Below, one piece after another: positions 28,748 to 39,078 of a stretch of 64,000 nt of DNA (position 1 is the first letter of the stretch; each line of letters begins with the position of its first letter). Below the pieces are notes generated by a model. It was not told where the DNA came from. It saw nothing but the letters and a program-made list of their open reading frames with translations, and did not search any database. The translations under genes and the position numbers were made by a program. The DNA is from a virus. Where the stretch lies: the IMG/VR virus record IMGVR_UViG_3300027798_000035, positions 8,264-72,263 of that record, one strand, 5' to 3'.

Positions 28748-29857
28748 TCAGGCGATTGAACCACCGAGGGTGTTCAAGATAACGCGGGATTCGTGAGTAA
28801 TAACTCCGAAGCCCCAAATTGCGTACCAAGCCAAACCATGCTCACGACCGAAGTCAATGACTCCACCGTCACGGAGTTCCACTGGCAATGCAATGGCGTG
28901 TCCGAAGGCGTTGTCACCGATCATGATGGCGTTGAACGCGTTAGCGTTTTCTTGGAATCCAGCCGCTGAAGCGCTGTCAAGTGTGGCACCAAGTTCGTAC
29001 AGAGGGGCGCCAGACGCAGTTGCGTCCAAGCCCTTCTTGACTTGCGTGGTTTCAATGAACACGACATCGTACAAACGACCGATTTCACCGAGCATGAAGT
29101 TGCCAGGTGCGGCGTACTTCGTGACTTCAATGAATTCGGGCCAGTCGCGGAGCGAGCGGCTTTGTGATGGGTGAACGAAGCAGACATAGGTGTCTCCCAA
29201 ACGCGGGATGTTCTGACCAGCAAGAACTTCAACTGCGTCCTTGATGGATGCAGGCGAAAGGAAGCCAGGTGCAGAAGCAGTACCAAGGGTACCTGCGTCG
29301 TATGGGCTGATTGCGCCACGAGCCGAAGCGGCGGTGCGACCGAAGACGACCGACGGAGCGACAGGAGAGCCGCCACCGAATGGAACGCCAGCCTTGTACA
29401 AGGTGTTACGAGCCTGGATGTCCATGCTTTGTGCCATGTGGCGACCGAGCAAGCGCGATGACGAAGCCATAACATCGTCAAATGCCGCGTTGAGCAAGAG
29501 TTCGGTAACGGCAACTGCTTGACCATGTTCGGTCACGGTGATCTGAATCTGGCTTGCTGACAAAGAAACAGGCTCCATACGCACACCTTCGGTGAGCGTG
29601 GCGCCTTGTGATTCATCAACGCTGAGGTTGTTGTATCGCATGAAGTTGATGGTCAAACCAGGCTGAACGCCTAATTCGGTCTTCTTTACTGCGAACTGCT
29701 CAAAGCGCAGAACTGGCATTGCTTGGAACAAGATTTCCTTGGACCAAATTTGTTGAATTGCGGGTGAAAGAGTTGCGTCACTGGAATAGCCGGTCGTGGT
29801 AATTGAACCAAGACCTGCTCCTGTAATCGCACCTCCTACTGGGGCGGGAAGGGCCAT
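28748..29857 (-). CDS. Major capsid protein (HK97 fold, N4-gp56-like)
   Basis: LTEGV, YVCFVHP, GEIGRLYDVVFIET, DFGR; strong codon bias; follows the scaffold gene. Confidence 0.92.
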   Translation of the reverse strand: MALPAPVGGAITGAGLGSITTTGYSSDATLSPAIQQIWSKEILFQAMPVLRFEQFAVKKTELGVQPGLTINFMRYNNLSVDESQGATLTEGVRMEPVSLSASQIQITVTEHGQAVAVTELLLNAAFDDVMASSSRLLGRHMAQSMDIQARNTLYKAGVPFGGGSPVAPSVVFGRTAASARGAISPYDAGTLGTASAPGFLSPASIKDAVEVLAGQNIPRLGDTYVCFVHPSQSRSLRDWPEFIEVTKYAAPGNFMLGEIGRLYDVVFIETTQVKKGLDATASGAPLYELGATLDSASAAGFQENANAFNAIMIGDNAFGHAIALPVELRDGGVIDFGREHGLAWYAIWGFGVITHESRVILNTLGGSIA

Positions 29858-29899
29858 TTTAATATCCTCCGTGGATAGTTAGTTGTTGGGTTATTTGGT

Positions 29900-30685
29900 T
29901 TAGAAACGGCCTCGGGAAGTCCGAGTCGCTTGCATGAGCCGTTCGCGCATTTTCGTGTACTGATCCATCGGCATATTACGGATATCATCCGCAGACATCG
30001 TTTGGTATTCCTGTTGGTTGTCCATTGGCCCAGTTGGGGGCGCAGTTACCTGCGATCCCCGCAGACGACCACTTTGGGAGGTTGCCTGCTGGATTGATTC
30101 AATTATAGCACTACTACGATCACGAAGTACTGCAATACTGTTTTCAATATCTTCTTCGCTATTACCCGCAATAAGGTCAATTAATTCTGGGATAATAGTT
30201 TCTTGCTCTTCCGTCACACGGCGTTGACGATAAGACTCAATTTGCTGGATGCGTCGTTCTTTTTCAAGAAGGGCTTCCTGCACTTGGCGCTGTTGTTCCA
30301 TGTCTTCAAACTTGGAACGCCATTCCTGCTCAACCTGGTTAATACGGCTATTGAACTCATCTTCGCGCTTAGCGAGGAGTTCCTTTGCGCTGAGTTCCTG
30401 AATCTCACGCTGGCGGAGGATTTCAGACTCAGACTTAGAGCGCTCCTCGGCTTCTTTGCGAGCGACTTCGCGCTCCTGAGCGATGACACCCAATTGCTCT
30501 TCAAGGGTCTTGACACGACCGTCAGCGTCTTCAACGCGGCGATACAACTTGTCTTTCTCCTGACGGCGAATTGCTTCAACCTCAGTCTCAGTGAACACGC
30601 GACCCTCAGTCTTAGGGGCCTGCTGTTCTTGGGATGTGCTTTCAACGGGGATCATAATCCCGTCACCATTAAAGGTGTTACTCAT
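29900..30685 (-). CDS. Capsid scaffolding protein
   Basis: Acidic coiled coil between portal and capsid genes. Confidence 0.8.
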   Translation of the reverse strand: MSNTFNGDGIMIPVESTSQEQQAPKTEGRVFTETEVEAIRRQEKDKLYRRVEDADGRVKTLEEQLGVIAQEREVARKEAEERSKSESEILRQREIQELSAKELLAKREDEFNSRINQVEQEWRSKFEDMEQQRQVQEALLEKERRIQQIESYRQRRVTEEQETIIPELIDLIAGNSEEDIENSIAVLRDRSSAIIESIQQATSQSGRLRGSQVTAPPTGPMDNQQEYQTMSADDIRNMPMDQYTKMRERLMQATRTSRGRF

Positions 30686-30737
30686 TTTCCTACCTCTTTG
30701 TTGTTGGGCTTTTATTAGCAGTTGTTAAATAACGGTT

Positions 30738-32411
30738 TTATTCTTCGTTGGGCACACGACGCTGGGCAAGCCTTGCTCCGTATGCTCGTTGAATTATGTT
30801 GTTAACCATCTGTCCTTCGGCGTCACCGATACCTCCCATAGGAGGACCTGCTTGTCCTTCGGCTGTGTTTTCATCACCAGATACTACACTATTCTCTCCG
30901 TCTTGTCCGGGGAAAATACCAGTAGTAATCATTACTGCTTGTTGTATTTGAGCGCGCACCATATCTAGTGCACCTTGGTCCAATGCGTCGTCACGCAATT
31001 CCTCAAAGATTTCAAGCAATTTCTCACGGGGGAACTCTTCACCAAGAGCGCGTAATGCGCCTTCTTTGGACTCTAAACCAAGAGCCATCTTGGCTTGAAC
31101 TTCGTTAAGTTTGATAAGAACATCAACAGGCAATGGCTCAGGCCAGTGGACCTGAGTCTGGTAGGTAACAGGGTCAGCGGGGTCAAGCACATACGCCTGA
31201 TCAGGCTCGGGCATTGCCCCAAGACCTGGGTTGTACTGAAGCATTTGTGGTTCAAAGACAGCCGCAGTACGGATGATTACTTCGTTGATCTTTTCTAGAC
31301 CCTTAGTGAAGTGAATCTTCTTTTGGTTGTACTTATTCATCATTGGCTGGTATTGGATAGCCAATGCCACGCCTGATGTATTAGAAACTGGTTGGAACTG
31401 ACCTAAGGCTGTCTCGGGTACGCCAGTAATTTCATGCATGGCGCGCTTAATGAATGTGATGTACTCCAAGGCACCAGCCATGTTTCCACTGGATTCAAGG
31501 TTGAATACATTGGCTTCCTTAGGAAGACCAGCCCAGACCTTCTTAGGTCCACGCTCCAACTGGCTTGCCTTGGCGCCAGTGATGATAGTGACTGGTGCGG
31601 CGTGGTAGTTAATAATGTCCGATACTTCGGTCATCTTTTCGTTTAGTTCGCGGTTCAGAGAGATGATGTCCCAAATATCTGACTGACCCCATGGTGATGA
31701 TGAGATAGTCATGTTAGGAATGTGGACAATCGGGATAACACCAATGGCATTGTCGTACTGGTCAATCAGTTCATCATTGATGTACTGCTCCACAGAATCC
31801 TCAGTCAGGATTTCGGTGAAGGTGTACACCTGACGGGTGCCCTCAGGACTGGTGCCCCAAAAGCGGTACTTCAACTTGAACCGCAGGATGCGATCACGGT
31901 CGTGTGGGTGATACTCGGGGAAACAATGCGCTGGGTTCAGCGGGATAATACGGATACGACCAGCATGGGTAATACCAGCAGAGTCAATAAAGGGTTCTTC
32001 GTAGGCGACTTTGACGAAGCAGTCACCAGTTACACCAGCCAACTGACCCATTTCCCATAAGACATAGTGCTTAGAGTTATGTTGTTCCCATACTGTTTGG
32101 AGCAGATGCGGGATGATGGCTGCGTTTTGTTCTGGCGTTTTGAACTGGATACCCTTACCAAAGCAGAAGTTAGTGATGTAGTCCGACATGGTGCGGACAT
32201 AGTTCATTGTGATGTTCTGTTCGCCCATCTCACGGCGGTAGGACCAGTGGTGACCGAGGTACCATGCCCAGCACGATGAATAGCGGTTTAGGCGCGGTCC
32301 ATGTACTTCAAATTCCTCATCGGCTAATTCCACCAAGCCCAAAGGCGAGATAGAAACCGTGAGGTCGCTAGATGATGCTCTGTAGGATGGTGACCAAAAG
32401 TCAACGGGCAT
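30738..32411 (-). CDS. Portal protein (SPP1 gp6-like)
   Basis: IPIVHIPN, WGQSDI, SGVAL; 557 aa. Confidence 0.9.
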   Translation of the reverse strand: MPVDFWSPSYRASSSDLTVSISPLGLVELADEEFEVHGPRLNRYSSCWAWYLGHHWSYRREMGEQNITMNYVRTMSDYITNFCFGKGIQFKTPEQNAAIIPHLLQTVWEQHNSKHYVLWEMGQLAGVTGDCFVKVAYEEPFIDSAGITHAGRIRIIPLNPAHCFPEYHPHDRDRILRFKLKYRFWGTSPEGTRQVYTFTEILTEDSVEQYINDELIDQYDNAIGVIPIVHIPNMTISSSPWGQSDIWDIISLNRELNEKMTEVSDIINYHAAPVTIITGAKASQLERGPKKVWAGLPKEANVFNLESSGNMAGALEYITFIKRAMHEITGVPETALGQFQPVSNTSGVALAIQYQPMMNKYNQKKIHFTKGLEKINEVIIRTAAVFEPQMLQYNPGLGAMPEPDQAYVLDPADPVTYQTQVHWPEPLPVDVLIKLNEVQAKMALGLESKEGALRALGEEFPREKLLEIFEELRDDALDQGALDMVRAQIQQAVMITTGIFPGQDGENSVVSGDENTAEGQAGPPMGGIGDAEGQMVNNIIQRAYGARLAQRRVPNEE

Positions 32412-32416
32412 TGGGG

Positions 32417-33064
32417 TTAATCCTTAGGTAATCCGAGTTGTTCGGCTAAAATTGATGCTTCTACGCCGACCATTTCTTGACGAGGTGGAAGAATGCTTAC
32501 ACGGCGTCGTCCCGATGTGGGGTTAATGCCCTTGTCTGTCATAAGAGGTGAAGTTCCCTCATGCCAAAATTGATCTGGATGTAGATGCGTAGGAATTCGG
32601 ATATCACCCAAATAGGACTTGTTGGCTGTGGGTCCAACATTACCTATGGAATCTTGACGACCCAATGCCCCAATTTGCATAGCGGCTTCAAGACCACCAG
32701 CAGTTTTTGGTAGTGCTACAGAGGCATCTTGCTGGACAATGCCAGTTGACGGGTCATGCCAGCCACCTTGAATCATATTTGCGCCTGGGGAACCCAGTAC
32801 ATCTGCGTTTCGTCGGTTAAAGTCAAGAAGTTGGGTAGTTGCAGGTTCAGAGGGGTCTACTGGAACTTCAGCCCCGCGACCTGATTCGGGTGCATAACCA
32901 ACAGAAAGAACATTACGAGCAGGACCACCTGCACCATGACCAGATGTGCGTATAGAAAACCCATCATCAGGATTTTGTGGCCCATGCTTTGCAATTTCAG
33001 CGGGTGACAGTTCACCACGACGAGTATCAGCGCGTGAACCTCGGTTTTTACGGCGTAGACCCAT
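32417..33064 (-). CDS. Hypothetical protein, possible SAM lyase-like domain
   Basis: GGWHDPSTGIVQQDAS...A...G....QDSI pattern. Confidence 0.45.
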   Translation of the reverse strand: MGLRRKNRGSRADTRRGELSPAEIAKHGPQNPDDGFSIRTSGHGAGGPARNVLSVGYAPESGRGAEVPVDPSEPATTQLLDFNRRNADVLGSPGANMIQGGWHDPSTGIVQQDASVALPKTAGGLEAAMQIGALGRQDSIGNVGPTANKSYLGDIRIPTHLHPDQFWHEGTSPLMTDKGINPTSGRRRVSILPPRQEMVGVEASILAEQLGLPKD

Positions 33065-33345
33065 TAACTGTCCCCTGACTTCTTTATCTTTACGGGAGTA
33101 ATAGACCTAATCATACCACGAGGAATATGCATAGGATTTGAACAAATCAGTATACCATCATCGTCGTAATAGAAGGACGAGTACAAGGTCAAGTACTTCT
33201 CGGCGTACTCGTCTATAACCCAACCAATAGTAATGGGGTCAATAATGTGTGGTTCGTACTTGGCTGGGTCAATCCAACCACCAGGTCCGTCAAAGGCGTC
33301 ATCCCAAACGACAACAACTGCCTTAAGGTTTTCCTTGTCAGACAT
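33064..33345 (-). CDS. Hypothetical phage protein
   Basis: VVWDDA...GW...TIGW...IPRGMI pattern. Confidence 0.65.
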   Translation of the reverse strand: MSDKENLKAVVVVWDDAFDGPGGWIDPAKYEPHIIDPITIGWVIDEYAEKYLTLYSSFYYDDDGILICSNPMHIPRGMIRSITPVKIKKSGDS

Positions 33346-33359
33346 ACGACCCCCACTAA

Positions 33360-34505
33360 TCATTCCGGAGAGTAAACCTTACCACGGAAAAAAGCGGCCT
33401 TATTATGGATAGGTATCTGTTCATACCAAAAGGCGCCTTCGCCGTCCTCATAAGACACTACGGCTAGACCCTGTTGCCAATCCTCCACAATGGTCATTGG
33501 GCGACCGTCTAGGTCTATACCGCCCTTGGTACTGGGTACGGCACCGTCACAGCGGGCTAGTGTCCCTGGGGACGCCGCCATGATGGTCTTTGCCCCATCC
33601 CAGTCTTCTCGTGACCGTTCAGCCCATTCCCTACGGTGAATGTGCCCGTAGATGACGGATACCTTGCTGTCGTTGAGGTAGGCGTGGGCGGTTGAACCGT
33701 TAGACCTGACCTTGTTTCCGTGGATGACTTTGAGCCTTTGATTAATCCATACTTGTCCAGCAGGGTAGCCAGCCACATAATTAACCCCGTAGTCATTGAA
33801 ACGGCATAAGTAAGGCACACTAAGGCAAGGCCAAGAGTCTGGAGTATTCCCCCGACGCAAGCCGAACGAAACCTTTGCATTGTCCAAGATGAAGTTGACG
33901 AGGCGTTCTTCATGGTTACCTGAAATCCAATCTATGACGGCGTTTGGTGCTATGGCACGAAGTTCCGCACACAAGGTTGTGGCGCGGTCAATAGATGCCT
34001 GAGTAGTAATTGCATATGCTGGGCTGAGACGGTACTTACCGAACTCAGGAAAGTCAAGGTTGTCACCGACCATGATGATTCGGTCAGGGTTCAATTTCTT
34101 GATAATCGCCATGGAGATAGAGAGAGCCTCTTCATCATGGGTGGGTTCCAGGCTCCCGTCAGCGTTTCGGTAGTAACCGATCTGCATGTCGGGGAGGATA
34201 ACCGCTACTTTGTAACCCTCTGTATTACTTTGTATTACTTTGCGTACTGGGAGTTTGATTGATGGTCCTGGTTGTACCACGGGCCAATCAGGTCCTTCAG
34301 CCCACTTGGGGTTGAATTGGATACCCATGAGGTCGTGAACCTCAGCCTGACCTTGGTCATTCTTAGTGAGTGACTGATAAAGGGATACGCGCTTGATTGA
34401 TCCCACTTCTTCAACATCAATGTTATTGCGGTTTAAAAGTTCCGCAATCTTTCCCAATGTTGCTTTTGCTGGGGGTGTTACTAGATCATCACTAAGGCTT
34501 GCCAC
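33360..34505 (-). CDS. Calcineurin-like metallophosphoesterase
   Basis: DMQ, GDNLD, GNHE, HG, GHIH motifs. Confidence 0.9.
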   Translation of the reverse strand: MASLSDDLVTPPAKATLGKIAELLNRNNIDVEEVGSIKRVSLYQSLTKNDQGQAEVHDLMGIQFNPKWAEGPDWPVVQPGPSIKLPVRKVIQSNTEGYKVAVILPDMQIGYYRNADGSLEPTHDEEALSISMAIIKKLNPDRIIMVGDNLDFPEFGKYRLSPAYAITTQASIDRATTLCAELRAIAPNAVIDWISGNHEERLVNFILDNAKVSFGLRRGNTPDSWPCLSVPYLCRFNDYGVNYVAGYPAGQVWINQRLKVIHGNKVRSNGSTAHAYLNDSKVSVIYGHIHRREWAERSREDWDGAKTIMAASPGTLARCDGAVPSTKGGIDLDGRPMTIVEDWQQGLAVVSYEDGEGAFWYEQIPIHNKAAFFRGKVYSPE

Positions 34506-34758
34506 AACTGCACTTCCCCTTTATATGTCGTTCTATGGTGCTTCGGCTAATTTGATGTCCGTGCTTAATTAGCACATTCGCTAACCACATAGAAGAATAC
34601 ACCTTAGACCTACCCTTACCGGGGTCAGTCATAATTCGTTCTAATGCGGTGTTTAATGCGACTAGTTCATCTCCGTGAAGTTCGTCCCTAAGGGTGGCAA
34701 TACCACACCCCCAATTAGTGGGACCACGCGAGAGCAATTCGTTACTTAACTCGCTCAA
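34492..34758 (-). CDS. HTH protein with Cys/His motif
   Basis: AAGGAG RBS + TTG; ISRSTIERHIKGKCSC. Confidence 0.65.
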   Translation of the reverse strand: MSELSNELLSRGPTNWGCGIATLRDELHGDELVALNTALERIMTDPGKGRSKVYSSMWLANVLIKHGHQISRSTIERHIKGKCSCGKP

Positions 34759-34966
34759 CCTTCTGCTCCTTATTGTGTGGCATTTTCTGGATTCCTCCAA
34801 GAACTGATAGCAACCGTAGCACCTCTTGCTCCTCTGTGTGACCACGAGGCGCAAGTCTCGTAAGATATTGTGTAATTAATGCGGCATCTGACGGGCGCAT
34901 ACTCTCTCCTTCTACTGGGAAGGAAAGGTTATCAGAGCCTAGAAAATGCTGTTATTGCTATAACAA

Positions 34967-36322
34967 TTAGAACAGTGTAAGTTGTCCTTTTTCTTCAGGA
35001 GTAGGTGGTTTTTCTGTTGCCGTAGTCTCTACTGCCTTTGCTTTTTTGGCAAGTGCTTTTTGAGACTTGTTGTACTCATCGTCTTCACCAAGGTCATATC
35101 GGCGGTAATCCGTCCATGCAATTGCTTGAGCGGCTCGTGGAGTAATTGTCTCACCATGAATACCAAATTGAGAAGCGGCTCGTCGTGTGGCTTCTTCATT
35201 AAATGAATGTCTAATCTCATCAGGTTGAACTGATTTCTCAAACACACCTCTACCTTTTGCTACTACTAAGTCCTCTTGTGCGGCTCGGTGACTCTTACCA
35301 GTAGTTCCACGAGAAGCGGCTACCTGAGCCGTCATGGCGTTCATTACATAATCTTCAACAGTTTCGTCAGCGCCTACTGCTGTTTTTGGATCAAATCCAG
35401 TTTCGTCAGACGCAGACCACAAATGACCCTGACGGAATGTACTTTGACCACCTTTTCCATCTGCTTCTACAAAGGTAGGTGTTTGAGCCATTCGTCGGAA
35501 TACTTCACTGTTGTATCTGTCTTCGCCTTCACTAGCGAGATGTGCACCACGAGCGTAGTTACGAGTTTTTGGAGTTGGTCCGCTAACTTCATCAAAAGTT
35601 TTACCACGGGCAATAGCAACGGTTCTAGTGGCATTATCACGACCCACTGAATCTAGGGTTACTCCAGTAACTTCTCGTGGGGTAAACCTTTCAGAGGCAA
35701 GAGCATGACCCTGTTTATTTACCTTGCCCATGTCTTTAAGTGCTTGAGTTTCGGCATAGCCAATATGGGCGACATCAGTGTTTGAAAAATCACCAATGCG
35801 GTGTTCCCCTGCGGTAATGTCTGAATTACCCATATGAGGAGCCATCTCAGGAGTAATTGTTACCTTACGATCAGGGTCAGCGGCGATATGACCCGCTGAT
35901 TCAGCGGCTAGTCGTTCTTTAGCGGGCGTATTACGGGCACTTGCGACAGCACCAGCATCAATGATGCTTCCGATTCGGGTACCAGTTCTGTCAGCAACTT
36001 CACGGTATTTCTTTTGGTGCTCGCCATACCAAAGTGCTCCCTCAGGTACATATGAGCCTGGAGCCATACGACCAATAGCCGCTTGAATAGAGTTTACGCG
36101 TGTCGCCGTTGCGTCAGCCATTCGGATTGGTGCGCCGTACACCCGCATACCCGCTTCTGCTACTGCACGATCAATAGTTGGCCTGTCTTTAGCAGGAAAA
36201 TCCCGATATGAGGGGGCTTTTGTAGGTAATGGGTAGCCAGGATCAACAGGGCTATCTCCCTCAGAGGCAACTCTTTTTGGGGTTGCTAAACGCTTCTTTG
36301 GTGCTGGTTCTTTCTTAGCCAT
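34967..36322 (-). CDS. Hypothetical protein (HhH-GPD/DUF7178-like motif order) ending in QLTLF
   Basis: WY...AVASAR...PKTRNY...TVED...AQAIAW; C-terminal GQLTLF. Confidence 0.5.
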   Translation of the reverse strand: MAKKEPAPKKRLATPKRVASEGDSPVDPGYPLPTKAPSYRDFPAKDRPTIDRAVAEAGMRVYGAPIRMADATATRVNSIQAAIGRMAPGSYVPEGALWYGEHQKKYREVADRTGTRIGSIIDAGAVASARNTPAKERLAAESAGHIAADPDRKVTITPEMAPHMGNSDITAGEHRIGDFSNTDVAHIGYAETQALKDMGKVNKQGHALASERFTPREVTGVTLDSVGRDNATRTVAIARGKTFDEVSGPTPKTRNYARGAHLASEGEDRYNSEVFRRMAQTPTFVEADGKGGQSTFRQGHLWSASDETGFDPKTAVGADETVEDYVMNAMTAQVAASRGTTGKSHRAAQEDLVVAKGRGVFEKSVQPDEIRHSFNEEATRRAASQFGIHGETITPRAAQAIAWTDYRRYDLGEDDEYNKSQKALAKKAKAVETTATEKPPTPEEKGQLTLF

Positions 36323-36795
36323 TACAGAACCTTAAACTTTCCTGGGGTATATGAGTTATGCCCAAATTGACCAGGGGCATAAGAAGACTTACCAGCCTTA
36401 TAACGGTTATAAGAAGACACGCCCTTACGGCGCAACTTATTAGAATCAAACTTCTGACCAGGATTAGTGATCGTAGACTTACCGTACTTACGGCCTTCTA
36501 GGTCTAACTTCTCAGACTTGAAGTTTTGCATTGGATCAAGAACGAATTCACCAATACCTGATGCGTAGCGGGGCATGTTTAATGACCGCTTACCGCCAAG
36601 TGGGCTAGGTATAAATGGGCTAGAAATCTTGGTAGCAACACCAAAATCCTCAGCGCGCGCCGTAACAAGTTCATTACCTTTTTGGACGCGACGAAACATC
36701 CCCGCAACTGCCGCATAAGTGGACAGTTCGGGGGATGACCCAATCGTACTACTCGGTACTGAGCCAGTTACCGAGAAACCCTCGGCGTTGCTCAC
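36322..36795 (-). CDS. Hypothetical basic protein
   Basis: Coupled ORF. Confidence 0.6.
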   Translation of the reverse strand: MSNAEGFSVTGSVPSSTIGSSPELSTYAAVAGMFRRVQKGNELVTARAEDFGVATKISSPFIPSPLGGKRSLNMPRYASGIGEFVLDPMQNFKSEKLDLEGRKYGKSTITNPGQKFDSNKLRRKGVSSYNRYKAGKSSYAPGQFGHNSYTPGKFKVL

Positions 36796-36797
36796 AA

Positions 36798-37199
36798 TCA
36801 GTCGTAAACGACAGTTGGGTTCGGGCGGTTCATGTGACCACCCGTGTTGTACGAGAATTCAAATTGCGGGATAGAGTCTCCAGCCATTGAACCCTGTACA
36901 AATTCACCGAGTACGCTTGGGGCTTCAATCCACGAAGACGACCCGATGTGGGCGCGCTCGCGCATTGTTTCCTCAGCGTACTTGTAGAACATCTCAGGGT
37001 TGTTATGGTTCTGTCGCATGGGCGACGGAGCGGTGTCCTCGTAAGCACCAACGCCGAAGTCATAAGGGACATCGGTATCGGTGGCTACGCCTTCTTCAAA
37101 GCGGAGCGGGCCACGGTTACCCGGGATGCTTGGGGCGTACGAACGCTCAAACACTGGGGTGCCTTTTTCTGGAAACATGGGAACAGGTGCAACTGCCAT
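36798..37199 (-). CDS. Hypothetical protein (probably structural)
   Basis: AGGAGG RBS; capsid-like codon bias; LRFEEGVATDTDVP. Confidence 0.7.
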   Translation of the reverse strand: MAVAPVPMFPEKGTPVFERSYAPSIPGNRGPLRFEEGVATDTDVPYDFGVGAYEDTAPSPMRQNHNNPEMFYKYAEETMRERAHIGSSSWIEAPSVLGEFVQGSMAGDSIPQFEFSYNTGGHMNRPNPTVVYD

Positions 37200-37248
37200 C
37201 TATGGATTCCTCCTAGTAGGGGTTTATCTTTACTTATCGTACCATAGT

Positions 37249-38823
37249 TTACCTGTAAAAGGGAGAGTTAAATGACTCAACCATTGGCATCACTTCTAGT
37301 GCTGTCATACTGCAAGCAATTGCAAGAGAATCTGGGTAGTCATCAAAGGCACCCTTCTCATCAGGAGCGGCGGCTAGTAGATATGGACCACGGTAAATCT
37401 TTTCAAGGTCGCACATCTGCTGGTTGAACTTCTTCCATGATCGGGTACGGCGCGCCTTGGAATGCCCAGGAATAATCAACTGCTCCCGTTGCATTAACTC
37501 GGTTAGGTGGACCCAACGCTCGTTCTGAGTTTTGGCGTCAGACGAGACAGCCAAGACCTCAATCTCAGGGAGTAGGAGTTGTAGTCGCTCGGTAACAGCG
37601 CCACCCACGCCTTGGGAGTCCACACCAATGCGGTAGACATCAAAGTTACGAATGAAGTCAATGATTTCAAAGTATTGCTGTTCCCACTCAACATTGTTGA
37701 TTTCCAACCAGTCAAGGACGCGGTGCTCAAAGAAACCAAACCCATCAGGGTGGTCCCAGTCAACCCACACGGCAGTAGCCACGGTGGAGTCATTAGTTCG
37801 CGCCACATCTATGCCCATGACAATGGGGCTACGCCACCACTTCTTCACAATAGCCATAGACGGGTCGTAGAGGCGCTCTAGGCGTTCCTCGGTAACAAAC
37901 ATACCCTTTTCCAAAATCCACTTGTTGCAGTAGGACATTTGGAACTCGTCTGAATCTTCACCAATACGGGTCTTTTCTTTAGCAATAAACTTGCCGTAGT
38001 TATCGTTGTATTTAGCGGCAACTCGCCAGTCGTATTCAAAGTGAGACTGCCTGTGGCCCCGTCTGGCGTTTGTGTCACGGCGCTTATTAAACTGGATCAT
38101 CTTATAAAAGTAAGACTTATTCCTAGTAGCCGTGCCAGTAAGAACGATTGATCCGTTGTTGAACGCCAACATCGGCTTAATTGATTTAGAAATCATGAAC
38201 TCGTCAGCCTCTTGGGCTTCGTCAATCATGACGAAGTGGTAGGTCTTAGATTCAATCTTTGCCTTAGGGTTACAGGTCTGCATACGGCAAAGCGATCCTG
38301 ACTTCTTCAGGCTAATAATACGACCCTTACCGCGGGCGCCACCTGATGCTGCCTTGTCGTCAATCTCAGGATCAAGCAGGAAGTTCATGGCATGTTCGCT
38401 AGTCAACTTGCTGACGATACGACCAAACACGGTGTCAGCCTGATCCTCAACAGGGGCGAACACACCGCACCAAAAGCCCTTATCAAACTTACCCAGCCAT
38501 GTGGGGTAGACCTTGGACAGGCGCGGGAGAATGACCATCATGGATGCCATGACATTAGAAAGAACCTCAGACTTACCCGACTGGCGGGTAGCAACGAGGG
38601 TTATTTCTTCACCGTCGCCAAGGACAATTGATTCAATGATCCGATAAGCAATTGGGACCTGATAAGGGAACAAGGTGACATTAGTGAACTCTTCGGTAAA
38701 GACGATTAACTTCATGACCAGTTGGTCAACGAATTCCGTAGATGTTTCGTCTAGTTCTTCCTCTTGATAGTCACCAATGTCTTCGTTGTATTCCGTATCC
38801 TCAACATCTGATTCTTCACTCAT
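37249..38823 (-). CDS. terL: Terminase large subunit
   Basis: LFPYQ, Walker A TRQSGKS, Walker B MIDEAQ, LTGT, nuclease GIDVA and DDYPDS. Confidence 0.95.
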   Translation of the reverse strand: MSEESDVEDTEYNEDIGDYQEEELDETSTEFVDQLVMKLIVFTEEFTNVTLFPYQVPIAYRIIESIVLGDGEEITLVATRQSGKSEVLSNVMASMMVILPRLSKVYPTWLGKFDKGFWCGVFAPVEDQADTVFGRIVSKLTSEHAMNFLLDPEIDDKAASGGARGKGRIISLKKSGSLCRMQTCNPKAKIESKTYHFVMIDEAQEADEFMISKSIKPMLAFNNGSIVLTGTATRNKSYFYKMIQFNKRRDTNARRGHRQSHFEYDWRVAAKYNDNYGKFIAKEKTRIGEDSDEFQMSYCNKWILEKGMFVTEERLERLYDPSMAIVKKWWRSPIVMGIDVARTNDSTVATAVWVDWDHPDGFGFFEHRVLDWLEINNVEWEQQYFEIIDFIRNFDVYRIGVDSQGVGGAVTERLQLLLPEIEVLAVSSDAKTQNERWVHLTELMQREQLIIPGHSKARRTRSWKKFNQQMCDLEKIYRGPYLLAAAPDEKGAFDDYPDSLAIACSMTALEVMPMVESFNSPFYR

Positions 38824-38856
38824 AAGAGTAAGTATAAAACAAAAAGCAAGGCAGTA

Positions 38857-39078
38857 TTACTTACTGATATCTCTGGAGGAGATTTCTTTTAATATCTCGT
38901 GGAATACTTCAGCGGCTTGGAGTACCTCATCGTTAGTGCCATCACGATAGCGCCAGTTGTCAAATGACTGACAGGTGTAGATCAGACACTGCTCTCCCCA
39001 TGTGGCTAACTCACTCTTAGTCATCTTTTGGAGTCGGGCAATCTTTGGGAGATCAGTCTTAGGCTTGCGTCGCATCAT
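38857..39078 (-). CDS. Hypothetical protein
   Basis: Coupled ORF upstream of terL. Confidence 0.6.
   Translation of the reverse strand: MMRRKPKTDLPKIARLQKMTKSELATWGEQCLIYTCQSFDNWRYRDGTNDEVLQAAEVFHEILKEISSRDISK

Noticed and set aside
165-38823. Inteins or introns in polA, dnaB, terL or capsid
   Set aside because: ORFs are uninterrupted and of normal length, with no intein or homing-endonuclease motifs
38857-39078. Small terminase subunit
   Set aside because: Position fits but no recognisable motif; left as hypothetical
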